From assembly GCA_043778225.1 (NCBI GenBank), contig JAYWGM010000041.1, positions 31,538 to 95,537 on the forward strand: a stretch of DNA of 64,000 nucleotides, given 5' to 3'. Of the stretch, positions 39,227 to 49,703 are shown in pieces. The notes beneath the pieces were generated by a model. The model saw only the letters and a program-made list of their open reading frames with translations. It made no database searches and was not told where the DNA came from. Position 1 is the stretch's first letter, and every line of letters begins with the position of its first letter. The position numbers and the translations under genes were made by a program. Source of the DNA: Deinococcales bacterium. GTDB lineage: Bacteria; Deinococcota; Deinococci; Deinococcales; JAAFIG01.

Positions 39227-40107
39227 ATGACCTCCTTGGGTGGGTAATCGAGTAAGCCTTGCTCGAGGCTGATTTTGGGTCTAAATCCGAGTTCTTTTTT
39301 AATTTTGCTCGAGTCAATCGCACCGTGGCGTGGTGGCATATTGGCTTCCCAAATCGAGGCTTTGTTCATATCGCCGTAAACAATTTGGTAACTGTTAAGT
39401 ATCCATAATCCACCGATGGTTGTACCGCCAACATTGTACAGATGGGTTTTTTTATCGCCTCGGCGTTTGGCAATCATTTGTAGTAACCTTGCTAAGTCGG
39501 TGGTATGTAAAAAATTGTATTCATCGTAACTGGAATGCGGTAAAAGTATGTTTTTTGGTCCCGAGAATTGAGCCGAAATTTGTCCAATCAGCGAAACTCC
39601 TGCTCGAGTCCCAGAAGCCTGTTCGTTAGGTCCGTACATTGCTGCCAGACGTAAAATCCATAGGGTCATGCCTTCAGGTTTGCCCAGTTCGCAGGCTTGT
39701 TCGGATAGCGTTTTCGAGAGGCTGTAGGCTTTGTCGTTGCGAACTGCGCCGCTTTCGGTAATCGGTGTGGCTTGGTCTGGTTGGTACACACCAGCCGAAC
39801 TGAGCAGCACGAAGTGTTTGACTTTGGCTGCTCGAGCCGCGAACATTGCATTGATTGTGCCTTGGACATTGACCTCGAGTAAATCGAGTTGGTCTTCTCG
39901 AGCGGCGGTGGTGCGAGCCGCCGCATGAACCAAGACAGTTGGCTGATGCTCGAGTGCAAAGGCTGTTAAGTGTTCGCGGTCAAGAACATTGAGCCTGTAT
40001 CGTGTGCTGTGAACATCACCATCCAGCACTTCAAAGCCACTTTGCTCGAGTTGTTGGGTCAGGGCTTGCCCAACAAAGCCACCTGCGCCTGTGAGTAAAA
40101 TTTTCAT
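39223..40107 (-). CDS. NAD-dependent epimerase/dehydratase
   Basis: TGAGGFVG, HAAA, SSAGVY, YSLSK. Confidence 0.88.
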   Translation of the reverse strand: MKILLTGAGGFVGQALTQQLEQSGFEVLDGDVHSTRYRLNVLDREHLTAFALEHQPTVLVHAAARTTAAREDQLDLLEVNVQGTINAMFAARAAKVKHFVLLSSAGVYQPDQATPITESGAVRNDKAYSLSKTLSEQACELGKPEGMTLWILRLAAMYGPNEQASGTRAGVSLIGQISAQFSGPKNILLPHSSYDEYNFLHTTDLARLLQMIAKRRGDKKTHLYNVGGTTIGGLWILNSYQIVYGDMNKASIWEANMPPRHGAIDSSKIKKELGFRPKISLEQGLLDYPPKEVM

Positions 40108-41477
40108 GGTCGTACAAACCTCCCGTCTCCAGCTTGTCCAGTTACAGCACCGTCAAGAAACACTGTTTTGCCATGCACGATTGTGCGTTTGACTTGTCCC
40201 TGAAAAGTTCTGCCATCAAAGAAGTAATCGTTGGCTCGAGCCAGACTGAATTCTTTGGTTTTATCCACAATTGTTGGCGCGGCTAAGTCCACCAGCATTA
40301 AATCCGCATCGGCACTAGGCAGCACAGCGCCTTTTTGTGGATAAATCCCAAAACGTTTTGCACCAGCACTCGACATCAGTTCGACAGCTCGCTCGAGACT
40401 AATTTTTTGCTGATGCACAGCGTCCAGCAGCATTGGCACAAGTTGTTCAACTCCAGGTGCGCCGGGTGGGGCAAGCCAAATATCGGTTTTGGCGCGTTCT
40501 TTTTCTTCTACCGTAAATGGCGAATGGTCGGTCGTGACACTTTGCAATGTGCCGTCGCTAATCCCTTCCCAAAGCGCGGCGTTATCCTCGAGTCGGCGCA
40601 AAGGCGGATTGATTTTGGCATAACTGCCGTACTGCTCGAGTTCAGCTTCACTAAAAAGTAAATACTGTGGGCAAGTCTCGCCGCTTATATCTTGTCCGCT
40701 TCTTTGCCATAAACGCAGCGTCTCGAGGGCGAGTTTTGAAGTCACATGGGCAATGTGCAGTTTTGCACCAACCACAGCATTCATTGTGGCAATTTTGGCA
40801 ATCGCGAGGGCTTCGACTAAGGGCGGACGGGATAACCCGTGGGTGGCTGGGTCGTTGCGGTTTGTGGCGCGAATTTGTGCCGTGTAATACTCGAGCAATG
40901 GATTAGATTCAGCATGAACCACCAGCGTTAAACCAGTTTGCTTGACCAGTTCTAGGCACTCAAGTTGCTGCCATTCCTCGGGGATGCACAGCCCGTCAAA
41001 TTCGTCCTCGCGCCCAAGGACAGCTGCCGTGGTAAAAATCTTAAAACCAATCGCACCAGCTTCTGCCATGCCGTATACCAGTTCGGGTTTGAGCATTCCT
41101 GGAGCGCCGTACAAGGCAAAATTAACCACGGCTTCACGTTCGGCTTGGACTTTTCTCGAGATCAGGATTTGGGGGGTGGCACAACACGGCTTAGAAATCG
41201 GCATTTCAAAAACCGTGGTCACGCCACCAGCCGCCGCCGCTCGAGTTTCGCTTTCCCAAGTGCCACGGGCTGGGTAAGCTGGGGCGCGAACATGAAAATG
41301 AATATCTATCGCGCCGGGCAGTAAATGCAGCCCTGTTGCTTCAATAATTTCTTTGGCTTGGGTAGCCGCATTTGGCTCAAGCAGTGCAGCAATTTTGCCA
41401 TGCTCGAGTGCCACATCAAGCCGTTTGGTGGCATTCGGGGTCACAACAGTTGCACCACGAATTAGGGTCTCAAACAT
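40104..41477 (-). CDS. Cyclic amidohydrolase (allantoinase/dihydroorotase family)
   Basis: IDIHFH, AGGVTT, HAE, HIAHV, ETCPQY, KINPPLR, TDHSP. Confidence 0.88.
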   Translation of the reverse strand: MFETLIRGATVVTPNATKRLDVALEHGKIAALLEPNAATQAKEIIEATGLHLLPGAIDIHFHVRAPAYPARGTWESETRAAAAGGVTTVFEMPISKPCCATPQILISRKVQAEREAVVNFALYGAPGMLKPELVYGMAEAGAIGFKIFTTAAVLGREDEFDGLCIPEEWQQLECLELVKQTGLTLVVHAESNPLLEYYTAQIRATNRNDPATHGLSRPPLVEALAIAKIATMNAVVGAKLHIAHVTSKLALETLRLWQRSGQDISGETCPQYLLFSEAELEQYGSYAKINPPLRRLEDNAALWEGISDGTLQSVTTDHSPFTVEEKERAKTDIWLAPPGAPGVEQLVPMLLDAVHQQKISLERAVELMSSAGAKRFGIYPQKGAVLPSADADLMLVDLAAPTIVDKTKEFSLARANDYFFDGRTFQGQVKRTIVHGKTVFLDGAVTGQAGDGRFVRP

Positions 41478-42627
41478 GGGTTGCTCCCAATTGGGCGCTC
41501 AGAAAATCGTCGAGTACCGCAAAGCACTGCTCGAGTTCAACCACCTCGACGTACTCATCAAAAGCATGAGCCACTTCGTAACTGCCGGGTCCAAAAATCA
41601 CCATGTCGCCACGCACCAGCCCAAGTAAATGCTTGGCATCTGAACCGGGTAAGTAGCCTATTGGCTCGAGTGGCGCGTTGGTGGCACGGCTCGAGCCTTC
41701 TAAAAACGCCCGCCCAAGGGTGGTCTCGAGTTTGGATTCAAACCAACTCGAGTATTGAAATTCGCTGATTTCGGCACTGGCTGGGGCTATCTCGGTGTTG
41801 GCTAAAAGCGCCTCGAGTTCTTGTTGTACAGTTTTAGGGTCTTCGCCTGGAATCATACGGCGGTCAAGCCGAATGGTGCATTGGTCGGCGACCGCATTGG
41901 CGGTGCTGCCGCCCTGAATCACGCCGACATTGCAGGTTGGCACGCCAACCAACGGGTGCGAACGCTTGGCTAACTCAAGATGATAATCCTCGAGTGCCAA
42001 TACAATTCGTGCCATCGCGTTAATCGCATTGACTCCACGGTCTGGATTGGTGGCATGAACACTATGCCCCTTGGTGGTTATCGTTGCCCGCATTACGCCT
42101 TTGTGGGCGGTTGCCACGCGGTTGGCGGTTTGTTCGCCTACCACAATTAAATCGCAGTACGGTAAGTGTCCAGATTCTGCCAGCCATTTTGTACCGAGTT
42201 GCCCACCCATTTCTTCATCGGCAGCCGCAACCAAAACCAAAGTGCCACGGTTAGCTCGAGCCGCATGATGTTTAAGTGCCAGCATCATGGCTGCCAGAGG
42301 CGCTTTATCGTCCACGCTGCCCTTGCCAAAAATTTTGCCATGCTGCTCGAGTGCTACAAATGGGTCGCTGCTCCAACGCCCAGCTTCGGTCTCGGCAACG
42401 GGTACGGTGTCCGAATGGGCGTGCAGCATCACGACTGGAAGCCCAATGCCAATAGTTGCCACCACACTCTGAACATGGGGATGCTCGAGCGGCGCGAGTA
42501 TCTGCACTGTTGCGCCAGCCGCCTTGAGCCAAGCTGCCACAAAACCCGAGATGGCACGGTTGTCGCCCGGTGGATTCGGCGAAGGAATGGCAATCAGGTT
42601 TTTGAGTAATTCAACCAATTGGCGCAT
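41470..42627 (-). CDS. M20 ArgE/DapE-like deacylase
   Basis: HSDTV, GKGSVDDK, DEE, GE, HAFDE. Confidence 0.88.
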   Translation of the reverse strand: MRQLVELLKNLIAIPSPNPPGDNRAISGFVAAWLKAAGATVQILAPLEHPHVQSVVATIGIGLPVVMLHAHSDTVPVAETEAGRWSSDPFVALEQHGKIFGKGSVDDKAPLAAMMLALKHHAARANRGTLVLVAAADEEMGGQLGTKWLAESGHLPYCDLIVVGEQTANRVATAHKGVMRATITTKGHSVHATNPDRGVNAINAMARIVLALEDYHLELAKRSHPLVGVPTCNVGVIQGGSTANAVADQCTIRLDRRMIPGEDPKTVQQELEALLANTEIAPASAEISEFQYSSWFESKLETTLGRAFLEGSSRATNAPLEPIGYLPGSDAKHLLGLVRGDMVIFGPGSYEVAHAFDEYVEVVELEQCFAVLDDFLSAQLGATHV

Positions 42628-42639
42628 GGCGCATCCTGT

Positions 42640-43617
42640 TCATGGCAGTTGTCCCTGAATTTCGGCGAAGAAACAACACCAATCGCCAACCGTTACATTT
42701 GGCAAGGCTCGCAAACCAAAAATTCTGCCATCGGCGGGTGCGGTTAAAGTCTCGAGTAAATCGCCGTAGACATCATAAATCCGTGCAATCAGATCGCCTT
42801 TTTTAATCATTTTTTTGAATTCGGCATTTTCGTCGGCTAAAAATAAACCACTGCACGGCGCAAGCAGCGCGTGTTGCACCCCAGTGAAACGCGGTTCGGC
42901 GTAGCTTGGTGTTCCGGATAGCATTTTGTAATGCTTCATGACATTCAGGGCTGCATCGGCTAGAACTCGCCCAACGCGATGAAAATCCTTGGGGCTGGTG
43001 GCACTGCGCCCACCGAGTTCGACCGTAATGCCCGTTTTGCCAGCCTCGAGCATACTCGCCATTGGATTGCCTTTGGGTAAAAAAGATTTGAGGGCTAAAT
43101 CCCAACCCATACCCATTGCCCGTGCCAATTCCTGAGATTTTGCGTCTTCGGTGGCAAAAATTGTTTCTGATAAGTACGAATGCGCCCCGCCCGAATGAAT
43201 GCTCAACTCGAGGTCAGCCACTTTTGTCATCCATTGGCTGTGGGCATAACAAATTCGTTCCGAAAAATAACCATCAGGTCTACCGGGATAAATGCGGTTC
43301 ATGTCGTAACTAAAAGTATCGAGCGGATTACCTCGAGAAGCCGCCTCAAAAGCTGGCACGTTAATCACAGGCACAAGCACCAACGAACCATGCAACTCGG
43401 CAGGATTAACTTCGCGGCGCAAAATATGACACATCAACGGACCTTCGGGTTCATCACCATGAATTGCACCATCTACCCATAAGCAGGGTCCATCGTGCGC
43501 CCCGTTCATCACAATTACTGGAATCTCGAGTGGCGTACCACCCGCCAACTTAGCCACTGGAATGACCCCAAGCGCGACGCTGCCTGCTGCTGCTTGTGCG
43601 CTACCGACTGTCAGCAT
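42640..43617 (-). CDS. Succinylglutamate desuccinylase/aspartoacylase (M14-like) deacylase
   Basis: AIHGDE, DMNRIYPG, SIHSGG, TVELGG; start reassigned to MLTVG. Confidence 0.85.
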   Translation of the reverse strand: MLTVGSAQAAAGSVALGVIPVAKLAGGTPLEIPVIVMNGAHDGPCLWVDGAIHGDEPEGPLMCHILRREVNPAELHGSLVLVPVINVPAFEAASRGNPLDTFSYDMNRIYPGRPDGYFSERICYAHSQWMTKVADLELSIHSGGAHSYLSETIFATEDAKSQELARAMGMGWDLALKSFLPKGNPMASMLEAGKTGITVELGGRSATSPKDFHRVGRVLADAALNVMKHYKMLSGTPSYAEPRFTGVQHALLAPCSGLFLADENAEFKKMIKKGDLIARIYDVYGDLLETLTAPADGRIFGLRALPNVTVGDWCCFFAEIQGQLP

Positions 43618-43628
43618 ATGAACTCCCT

Positions 43629-44102
43629 TTATATCCCCTGAACTTTTTGGTACTGCTCGAGTTCGGCTGGGGTGTAAACCTGCATAAATTCGATTTCGAT
43701 ACCACCAGCATCGTTGTCCAAAAAAGCCACATAGCCTTCTGGATGCGGATGCGAACCAAAAACCCCACAACTTTTGCAAATTCGTAAACTCGCACCATTG
43801 CTCTGAGCGTGCTGCAAAGCAATTTCAATGTTAGCGACTTCGTAACAAATATGATGCAGCCCTTCCGCACCGCGCTGGTCAATCCAAGTCGCAAAACGCC
43901 CATCAGCATCCATGCTTTCGCACAACTGATACTCGATATTGCCCAAATTAAACAACGCCACCCGATTACGAGATTTGGCATACTCGAGAATAGGGGTTTC
44001 TACAGACACATCCAAGAATCTCGAGTACGTCTCGAGGGCTTTTTTAGCATCGCGGACAGCAAATGCCATGTGTTTAATCGATTTAACTTCTGGATTGGTC
44101 AT
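43629..44102 (-). CDS. VOC family protein (methylmalonyl-CoA epimerase-like)
   Basis: KHMAFAV, EGLHHICYEV, IEFMQ. Confidence 0.8.
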   Translation of the reverse strand: MTNPEVKSIKHMAFAVRDAKKALETYSRFLDVSVETPILEYAKSRNRVALFNLGNIEYQLCESMDADGRFATWIDQRGAEGLHHICYEVANIEIALQHAQSNGASLRICKSCGVFGSHPHPEGYVAFLDNDAGGIEIEFMQVYTPAELEQYQKVQGI

Positions 44103-45274
44103 ACGCCCCCTTTTAATTTGGGTAATGCTGCCACCATTCGCATCGCCGCTTCCTCGAGCTTAGCCAAAGGTTGCAGCAACGAAATACGAATAAAATGGTC
44201 ATTGTGGTCACCAAATAATGAACCGGGAAAAATCATGATTTTGGCTTCCTCGAGTAACCGCACACAGAAGTCCTCTGCACCTAAACCCGTACTCGAGACA
44301 TTGGTGTACAAATAAAAAGCACCTTGGGGTTGTCCGTAACTCAAACCGAGATTATCCAGCACCCCACGAAAATAAGCTCGTCTCGAGCCAAAAATCTGAC
44401 GGTATTCCTCAACGCAATCTTGCGAACCGCGCAAGGCTGCCAGTGCCGCGTGTTGGGCGACAGCAGGAGCGCAAATGGTTAAACCATGATGAATTTCGTT
44501 CATGGCAATCACCAATTCTCGAGGCGCAGCAAAGTAACCAATTCGCCAGCCCGTCATGGCATAGGCTTTTGAAAAACCATTGACGGTAATCGTGCGTTCT
44601 TTCATGTTCGGTAAACTCGCCATGCTGGTCACGCTCGAGCCGTCATACACCAGCCGTTCGTAAATCTCATCAGAAACAACAATTAAATTATGTTCAATTG
44701 CCAGCGCTGCCAACTGCTCAATTTCGGCTCTGGGCGTGACTGCCCCAGTTGGATTGCTCGGGTTCATGAGGCACAAAATTCTCGAGCGTGACGTGATTTT
44801 AGCCCGCACTGCCTCGGCGGTCAGGGCAAAGTTATTGGCTTGGTAAACAGACACATCCACCACCACCCCACCCGCCAATTCAACCGCTTGATTATAAGAT
44901 GTGTAACCCGGCGAAGTACACAAAACTTCGTCACCCGCGTTCAAAAGTGCCAGCATTGTCACATAAATACCTTCCTGAGCGCCAGCCGTAACCACAATTT
45001 CATCGGGGGTGTACTGCAAATTATTCTCGAGCTTTAACTTATGACAAATTGCTTCGCGCAACTCGAGCAAACCCTGCGGCGCAGTATAATGAGTAGCCCC
45101 AGCCGCCAAGGCTTTCTGCCCCGCCTCGACAATATGAGCAGGCGTAGGCAAATCAGGATCGCCACGCCCAAGCGCAATCACCCCCTCGAGTTTAGCAGCA
45201 ATACCCAACATTTTAGTGCGAATGGATTCGTCCTTATGCACCACACGGTTAGCAAGACGATAAGAAATGTTCAC
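44099..45274 (-). CDS. Class I/II PLP aminotransferase
   Basis: GDPD, NPSNPTG, SDEIYE, NGFSKAYAMTGWRIG. Confidence 0.92.
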   Translation of the reverse strand: MNISYRLANRVVHKDESIRTKMLGIAAKLEGVIALGRGDPDLPTPAHIVEAGQKALAAGATHYTAPQGLLELREAICHKLKLENNLQYTPDEIVVTAGAQEGIYVTMLALLNAGDEVLCTSPGYTSYNQAVELAGGVVVDVSVYQANNFALTAEAVRAKITSRSRILCLMNPSNPTGAVTPRAEIEQLAALAIEHNLIVVSDEIYERLVYDGSSVTSMASLPNMKERTITVNGFSKAYAMTGWRIGYFAAPRELVIAMNEIHHGLTICAPAVAQHAALAALRGSQDCVEEYRQIFGSRRAYFRGVLDNLGLSYGQPQGAFYLYTNVSSTGLGAEDFCVRLLEEAKIMIFPGSLFGDHNDHFIRISLLQPLAKLEEAAMRMVAALPKLKGGV

Positions 45275-45334
45275 GATTAAATTGTCCTTTTCTAGCAGTA
45301 GGCTTGAAGCAAAACACGAAAAAACGTGAGCCGT

Positions 45335-45502
45335 TACGAACTCCCCCCAGCGCAGAGCGCTGACCCCCTCGAAAAGAGGGGGTTAAGGCTGTTGGGGATT
45401 TGCACCGCCCTTCCAGACTCGAGAAAGTTTTAGAAAAGCCCATAGCCTTGTCCTAAACCCCCTCTTTTTCGAGGGGGTCGCCGAAGGCGGGGGGAGTTCG
45501 TA
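45335..45502. repeat. Inverted pair of family A REP-like units (REPIN/BIME-like)
   Basis: Perfect 14-bp terminal IR TACGAACTCCCCCC/GGGGGGAGTTCGTA, each arm with an inner CCCCCTC...GAGGGGG hairpin. Confidence 0.8.
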
Positions 45503-45550
45503 GGAGCTTACTGTTCGATCCATTCAAAACCTGTTCAAACTGATGCTTAT

Positions 45551-47374
45551 TTACCGCACACCAACCGTATCCAAAAAGTTAATCAACTCGCCAATGTAGC
45601 CGTTAGCGGTGCTTTGGAATGCGCCAATCGGGTCTTGGAGTTGGTCTTGGGTGCTGACGACTCGCTTTTTGTACGAGGCATGAACGCCTCGAGTGTAGAG
45701 GTACATTAACGGTAGGTTGGTGGCGGCAGTGGTCTGAAATTGATTGTAGACGGCTTTGCGGGCTGCCAAGTCGTTGGTGCTAAGTCCTTGGCTGACCAGC
45801 TTGTCCAGCAGTACCTCAAACGATTCTGGGCGGTCTGGGGTGGCTTGTCCTGCCCGATTTAAGTTCCAGATGTGCGCTACACCATTGAGGTTGTAGAGGT
45901 TACGGCGGGTTGGTGGGTCAAAAACACCGCCAAAATCGGTGAATGAAATATCAAAGTTGCGTGTGCCGTTGGCGTTAAAGTTCCGCAGGGCTGGGTTGAT
46001 CACACTGCCGTTGTCGGCAACGGTAAAACTAGCATCAATTCCAGCTTTTTTCATGTCTTCGATGATGATTGGTGCTGCCACTTTTTGCAGAGCTTCGGTC
46101 GAGACCACCAGCGCATTCATTTTGATCGTTTGACCCTTAGAGTTGACCAAGAAACCCTGTGCGTTTTTGCGGGTAAAACCTAGCCCAGCCAGTAATTGCG
46201 CGGCTCGAGCCGGATTGTAACTAAATTTTGTTGTCCCTTCGTTAAATAAACTGTCGTTGTACCATTTGGTGTTACCACTCGAGATCGGTCCATGAAGGGG
46301 CTTACCCAAGCCACCCAGCCCAATACGAATGATGGTTTCGCGGTCGGCTAGGTGCGATAAGGCACGGCGAAAATTGGTGTTGCGGCAGAGTTGTGCCTTA
46401 AAAGCATCGGGGTTCTGGAAATTGCAAAAAAAGGTGCTGGTCACAGCTGACTGGGTGATGTTGACTTTTAATTCTGCCTCGAGCCGCCCCGCATTAACCG
46501 CTTGGCGGATGCCTTGGACTTCATCTATGGTCAGTGGCGGGAAAACATCGAGTTGTCCAGCCAAATAGCCAGCCAAACGGGCGTTGGTATCGGCGTAGTT
46601 GCGGGCGATGATGCGGTCTAGGTACGGTAATTTAGTGCCTTTTTCGTCCACCACCCAGTATTCAGGGTTACGACGCAAGGTCATTTCTTCGCCGGGCTTG
46701 TAGCTTTCGACCAAGAACGGACCTGCACCAACAATCGTTTTTGGGTCAGTCGAAACCGAGTAAGCCGCATTGACGGCTGCCGCACCACCGCGTTCAAAAA
46801 TCGGCTGCCAAACTTTTTGCGGCACAATTGGCCAACTGGCTAAATCCAAATAAGCGGCATCTATGGCATTTAGCTGCATCCGTACTGTGTCGTTGTCTAT
46901 TTTGCTCCAGACAATCGGTTTACCCGCTTGGGTAAAATTGGTGCGTTGTCTCGAGTTGACTTGGGTGTCGGCATGGAGTTTAGCACTGTAAATAATATCG
47001 TCGGCATCGAGCAGCGAACCATCCGACCATTTGATGTTACTGCGGATGTTAAATGTGATGCTCAAACCATTGACTTGGACGTTGGTACAAACATAACACT
47101 CGTTTAAGCCACTGGCGGAATTGAGTTGCACCAACTGCGGATACCACAAGTATTGAATGTACTGGTCGGACAACGACTGCACCGTAAACGGATTAAAGGT
47201 TGGCGGCAAACCAACCAAGCCATACGTCAGTGTGCCACCTTTTGGGGTTGTGCCAGCCCCACCAAAACGAGCGCTGCGAACAAGGTTTTGTCCCTGGGCT
47301 TGGCTCGAGACCGACGAAACTGCGGCTGCGATTGCGGCAATTCCGAGTGCTGCTAAAAACCATTTACTTTTCAT
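45551..47374 (-). CDS. Peptide/nickel-type (family 5) ABC substrate-binding protein
   Basis: Signal peptide MKSKWFLAALG, KWSDG, GAGPF, RNPEYW, PYLDRI, FRRALS. Confidence 0.9.
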   Translation of the reverse strand: MKSKWFLAALGIAAIAAAVSSVSSQAQGQNLVRSARFGGAGTTPKGGTLTYGLVGLPPTFNPFTVQSLSDQYIQYLWYPQLVQLNSASGLNECYVCTNVQVNGLSITFNIRSNIKWSDGSLLDADDIIYSAKLHADTQVNSRQRTNFTQAGKPIVWSKIDNDTVRMQLNAIDAAYLDLASWPIVPQKVWQPIFERGGAAAVNAAYSVSTDPKTIVGAGPFLVESYKPGEEMTLRRNPEYWVVDEKGTKLPYLDRIIARNYADTNARLAGYLAGQLDVFPPLTIDEVQGIRQAVNAGRLEAELKVNITQSAVTSTFFCNFQNPDAFKAQLCRNTNFRRALSHLADRETIIRIGLGGLGKPLHGPISSGNTKWYNDSLFNEGTTKFSYNPARAAQLLAGLGFTRKNAQGFLVNSKGQTIKMNALVVSTEALQKVAAPIIIEDMKKAGIDASFTVADNGSVINPALRNFNANGTRNFDISFTDFGGVFDPPTRRNLYNLNGVAHIWNLNRAGQATPDRPESFEVLLDKLVSQGLSTNDLAARKAVYNQFQTTAATNLPLMYLYTRGVHASYKKRVVSTQDQLQDPIGAFQSTANGYIGELINFLDTVGVR

Positions 47375-47468
47375 CCTATCCTCCATACCTTGAACGACTG
47401 ACCTTGAGACGTGATAACCGACTTTTAACCTCGCTTTCGGTGGACATGATTTGCTCGGATGGCAAGGC

Positions 47469-48632
47469 TCATCGTCGTGCCTTAGGGTCAAGGGCATCGC
47501 GTAAGCCGTCGCCAATAAAATTAAAAGCCAGCACCGCAATAAAAATAAATACACCAGGCAGCAACAACCACGGTCTCGAGCTAAAGGTCTGCATCCCGCC
47601 TTCCTGGGCGACCGCCAGCATCAGTCCCCAACTCGAGTTTGGGTCAGAAATCCCTAAACCCAAAAACGATAAACCAGATTCGGTCAGGATAAACCCGGGG
47701 ATGAGCAGACTAAAAGAAATAATCGCAAAACTGGCGGTACCAGGCAGCACATGGCGCAGAATTAAACGGGCATCGTCTGCCCCTAGCCCTCGAGCCGCCA
47801 TCACATAATCTTCTTCGCGCAGGCTGAGTACCTGACCACGCACCGCCCTTGCGACCGGACCCCAACGAATTAAGCCCAAGATTAAAATCACCACAAAATA
47901 GACCACACTCGATTTGGCATCAAGTGGAAACATGGCTCGCAGTGCCAGCAGTAAAAATAAACCCGGAATGGTCGCCAGAATCTCGACCAGCCGCATAATC
48001 AGGTCGTCCACCCACGAGCCATAAAACCCAGCCACCGCCCCCAAAATTAAGCCAACCACCAAAGAAATCGTGGCGGCAAAAATACCAATGGTCAGCGTAA
48101 TGCGTGTGCCAAATAAAATCCGCCCAAAGACATCGCGCCCAAGTTTATCCGCCCCCCAAATAAACAGCGTGGCGGGTTTTTCAACGCCAAAAAGATGCAG
48201 GTCTACTTGTGGGTCAAAGCCCGATGCCCTGCGCCACTCGACTGGAATTAAACTGATTGGAAATGGGGTGTAGGCAATACCTTTGGTAAAAAGCCGAATT
48301 GGATAGCGCTTGGTTTTATCTTGGCTGTATTCAAACTCGAGCGAATCCAAATTCAGTTGGCTCGAGACATTATAGACAAATGGCGCACTCAGACCGCCCG
48401 TATCTGGGTTAATCCAATGGATTGTGGTTGGTGGGGCATAACTGCGGTCTATTGCCCCACGAAAAAAAGATTCAGATTCGCCATATGGCGCAACAAAATC
48501 GGCTAAGGCAGCCAATACATACAAAGCAATTAGCACCCACAGCGAAAAGACCGCCAAGCCGTGTTTTTTGAACTGGGCAAGCACCACTTGTCCTCGAGAT
48601 AAAGACTGGTTTTTTTCTGAGATAACCGCCAT
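47469..48632 (-). CDS. Peptide ABC permease (OppC/DppC-like)
   Basis: GADKLGRDVFGR, EEDYVMAARGLGA, ESGLSFLGLG, GDGLRDALDP. Confidence 0.92.
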   Translation of the reverse strand: MAVISEKNQSLSRGQVVLAQFKKHGLAVFSLWVLIALYVLAALADFVAPYGESESFFRGAIDRSYAPPTTIHWINPDTGGLSAPFVYNVSSQLNLDSLEFEYSQDKTKRYPIRLFTKGIAYTPFPISLIPVEWRRASGFDPQVDLHLFGVEKPATLFIWGADKLGRDVFGRILFGTRITLTIGIFAATISLVVGLILGAVAGFYGSWVDDLIMRLVEILATIPGLFLLLALRAMFPLDAKSSVVYFVVILILGLIRWGPVARAVRGQVLSLREEDYVMAARGLGADDARLILRHVLPGTASFAIISFSLLIPGFILTESGLSFLGLGISDPNSSWGLMLAVAQEGGMQTFSSRPWLLLPGVFIFIAVLAFNFIGDGLRDALDPKARR

Positions 48633-49687
48633 CAGTTGTACCGAATCCTTGGGTCTACGACCGCCAAAAGTACATCCGAAACCAGATTGCCAATCATCAA
48701 TAAAATCGCGCTCATGACCAATAAACCCATGACCACATACAAATCTTTTTGTTGAATCGCGGTTACAAAACCGGGCGTGATTCCGGGCCAGCGATAGACA
48801 AACTCGACCAAACCAGCCCCAGTCACCAATTCGGGCAAAATTGTACCAAGCCCAGACACCACCGGTCCGATGGCATTACGAAGCACGTGCTTATACACAA
48901 TAATCCGTTCGCCTAAACCCTTGGCTCTGGCGGTTCGCACAAAGTCCTGCTGCATAAACTCGAGCATTTGTCCGCGCACCACCCGCACCAAACTCGATAA
49001 CCCCGAGGTTGTCACGACAATCGTCGGTAGCCACAAATGCCAAAGTCGGTCAGAAAGTTGTTGCAAAGGCGGTAACGAATCATAAATTTCGGTGGTTCGC
49101 ATTCCACCAACCGGAAACCACAAACCGTTCTTGAGGTCATAGGTTAAAAAATCCAGTATATCCTTGTACCACACTTCACCTCGAGCCACATCGCGCAGTC
49201 CAGCTTGGAAACTCAGCACCCCAACAATCATCAGCAGAATAAAAAAGAAATTGGGAATCGCTAAACCCATGACCGACAAAATCGAAAGCACTTTATCACC
49301 AGCGCTGTACTGCCGTGTGGCTTGGTAAACCCCAATTGGAATTGCCAAAAGGTAGGTTAAGACCAAAGAAATCAGCACCAAACTCAGGCTATTCCAGATT
49401 AAAGGCACAATAATTGCCGTGACTGGAGCGCGATAAGTAAACGATTCACCCAAATAACCCGCCGTCACAATCCCCCAAACCCAGCGTCCGTACTGCACAA
49501 TAATCGGTTGGTCAAGCCCAAAATTTTGTTTCAAGCGCTCGAGTTGCGCCGCGTCGGCATTGGGGTCAAGCGCAAAGCGGTCAGTAAAATTACCGGGGGT
49601 GAGTTGAATAATCATAAACGCCAACAAGGTTGCACCAAGAAAAGTTGGTACAAGTTGCAAAAGTCGTTTCGCCAAGTACATCAGCAC
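48632..49687 (-). CDS. Peptide ABC permease (OppB/DppB-like)
   Basis: FGLDQP, QDFVRTARAKGL, HVLRNA, DPRIR. Confidence 0.92.
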   Translation of the reverse strand: MLMYLAKRLLQLVPTFLGATLLAFMIIQLTPGNFTDRFALDPNADAAQLERLKQNFGLDQPIIVQYGRWVWGIVTAGYLGESFTYRAPVTAIIVPLIWNSLSLVLISLVLTYLLAIPIGVYQATRQYSAGDKVLSILSVMGLAIPNFFFILLMIVGVLSFQAGLRDVARGEVWYKDILDFLTYDLKNGLWFPVGGMRTTEIYDSLPPLQQLSDRLWHLWLPTIVVTTSGLSSLVRVVRGQMLEFMQQDFVRTARAKGLGERIIVYKHVLRNAIGPVVSGLGTILPELVTGAGLVEFVYRWPGITPGFVTAIQQKDLYVVMGLLVMSAILLMIGNLVSDVLLAVVDPRIRYN

Positions 49688-49703
49688 GGATTACCTCGAG
49701 TAT

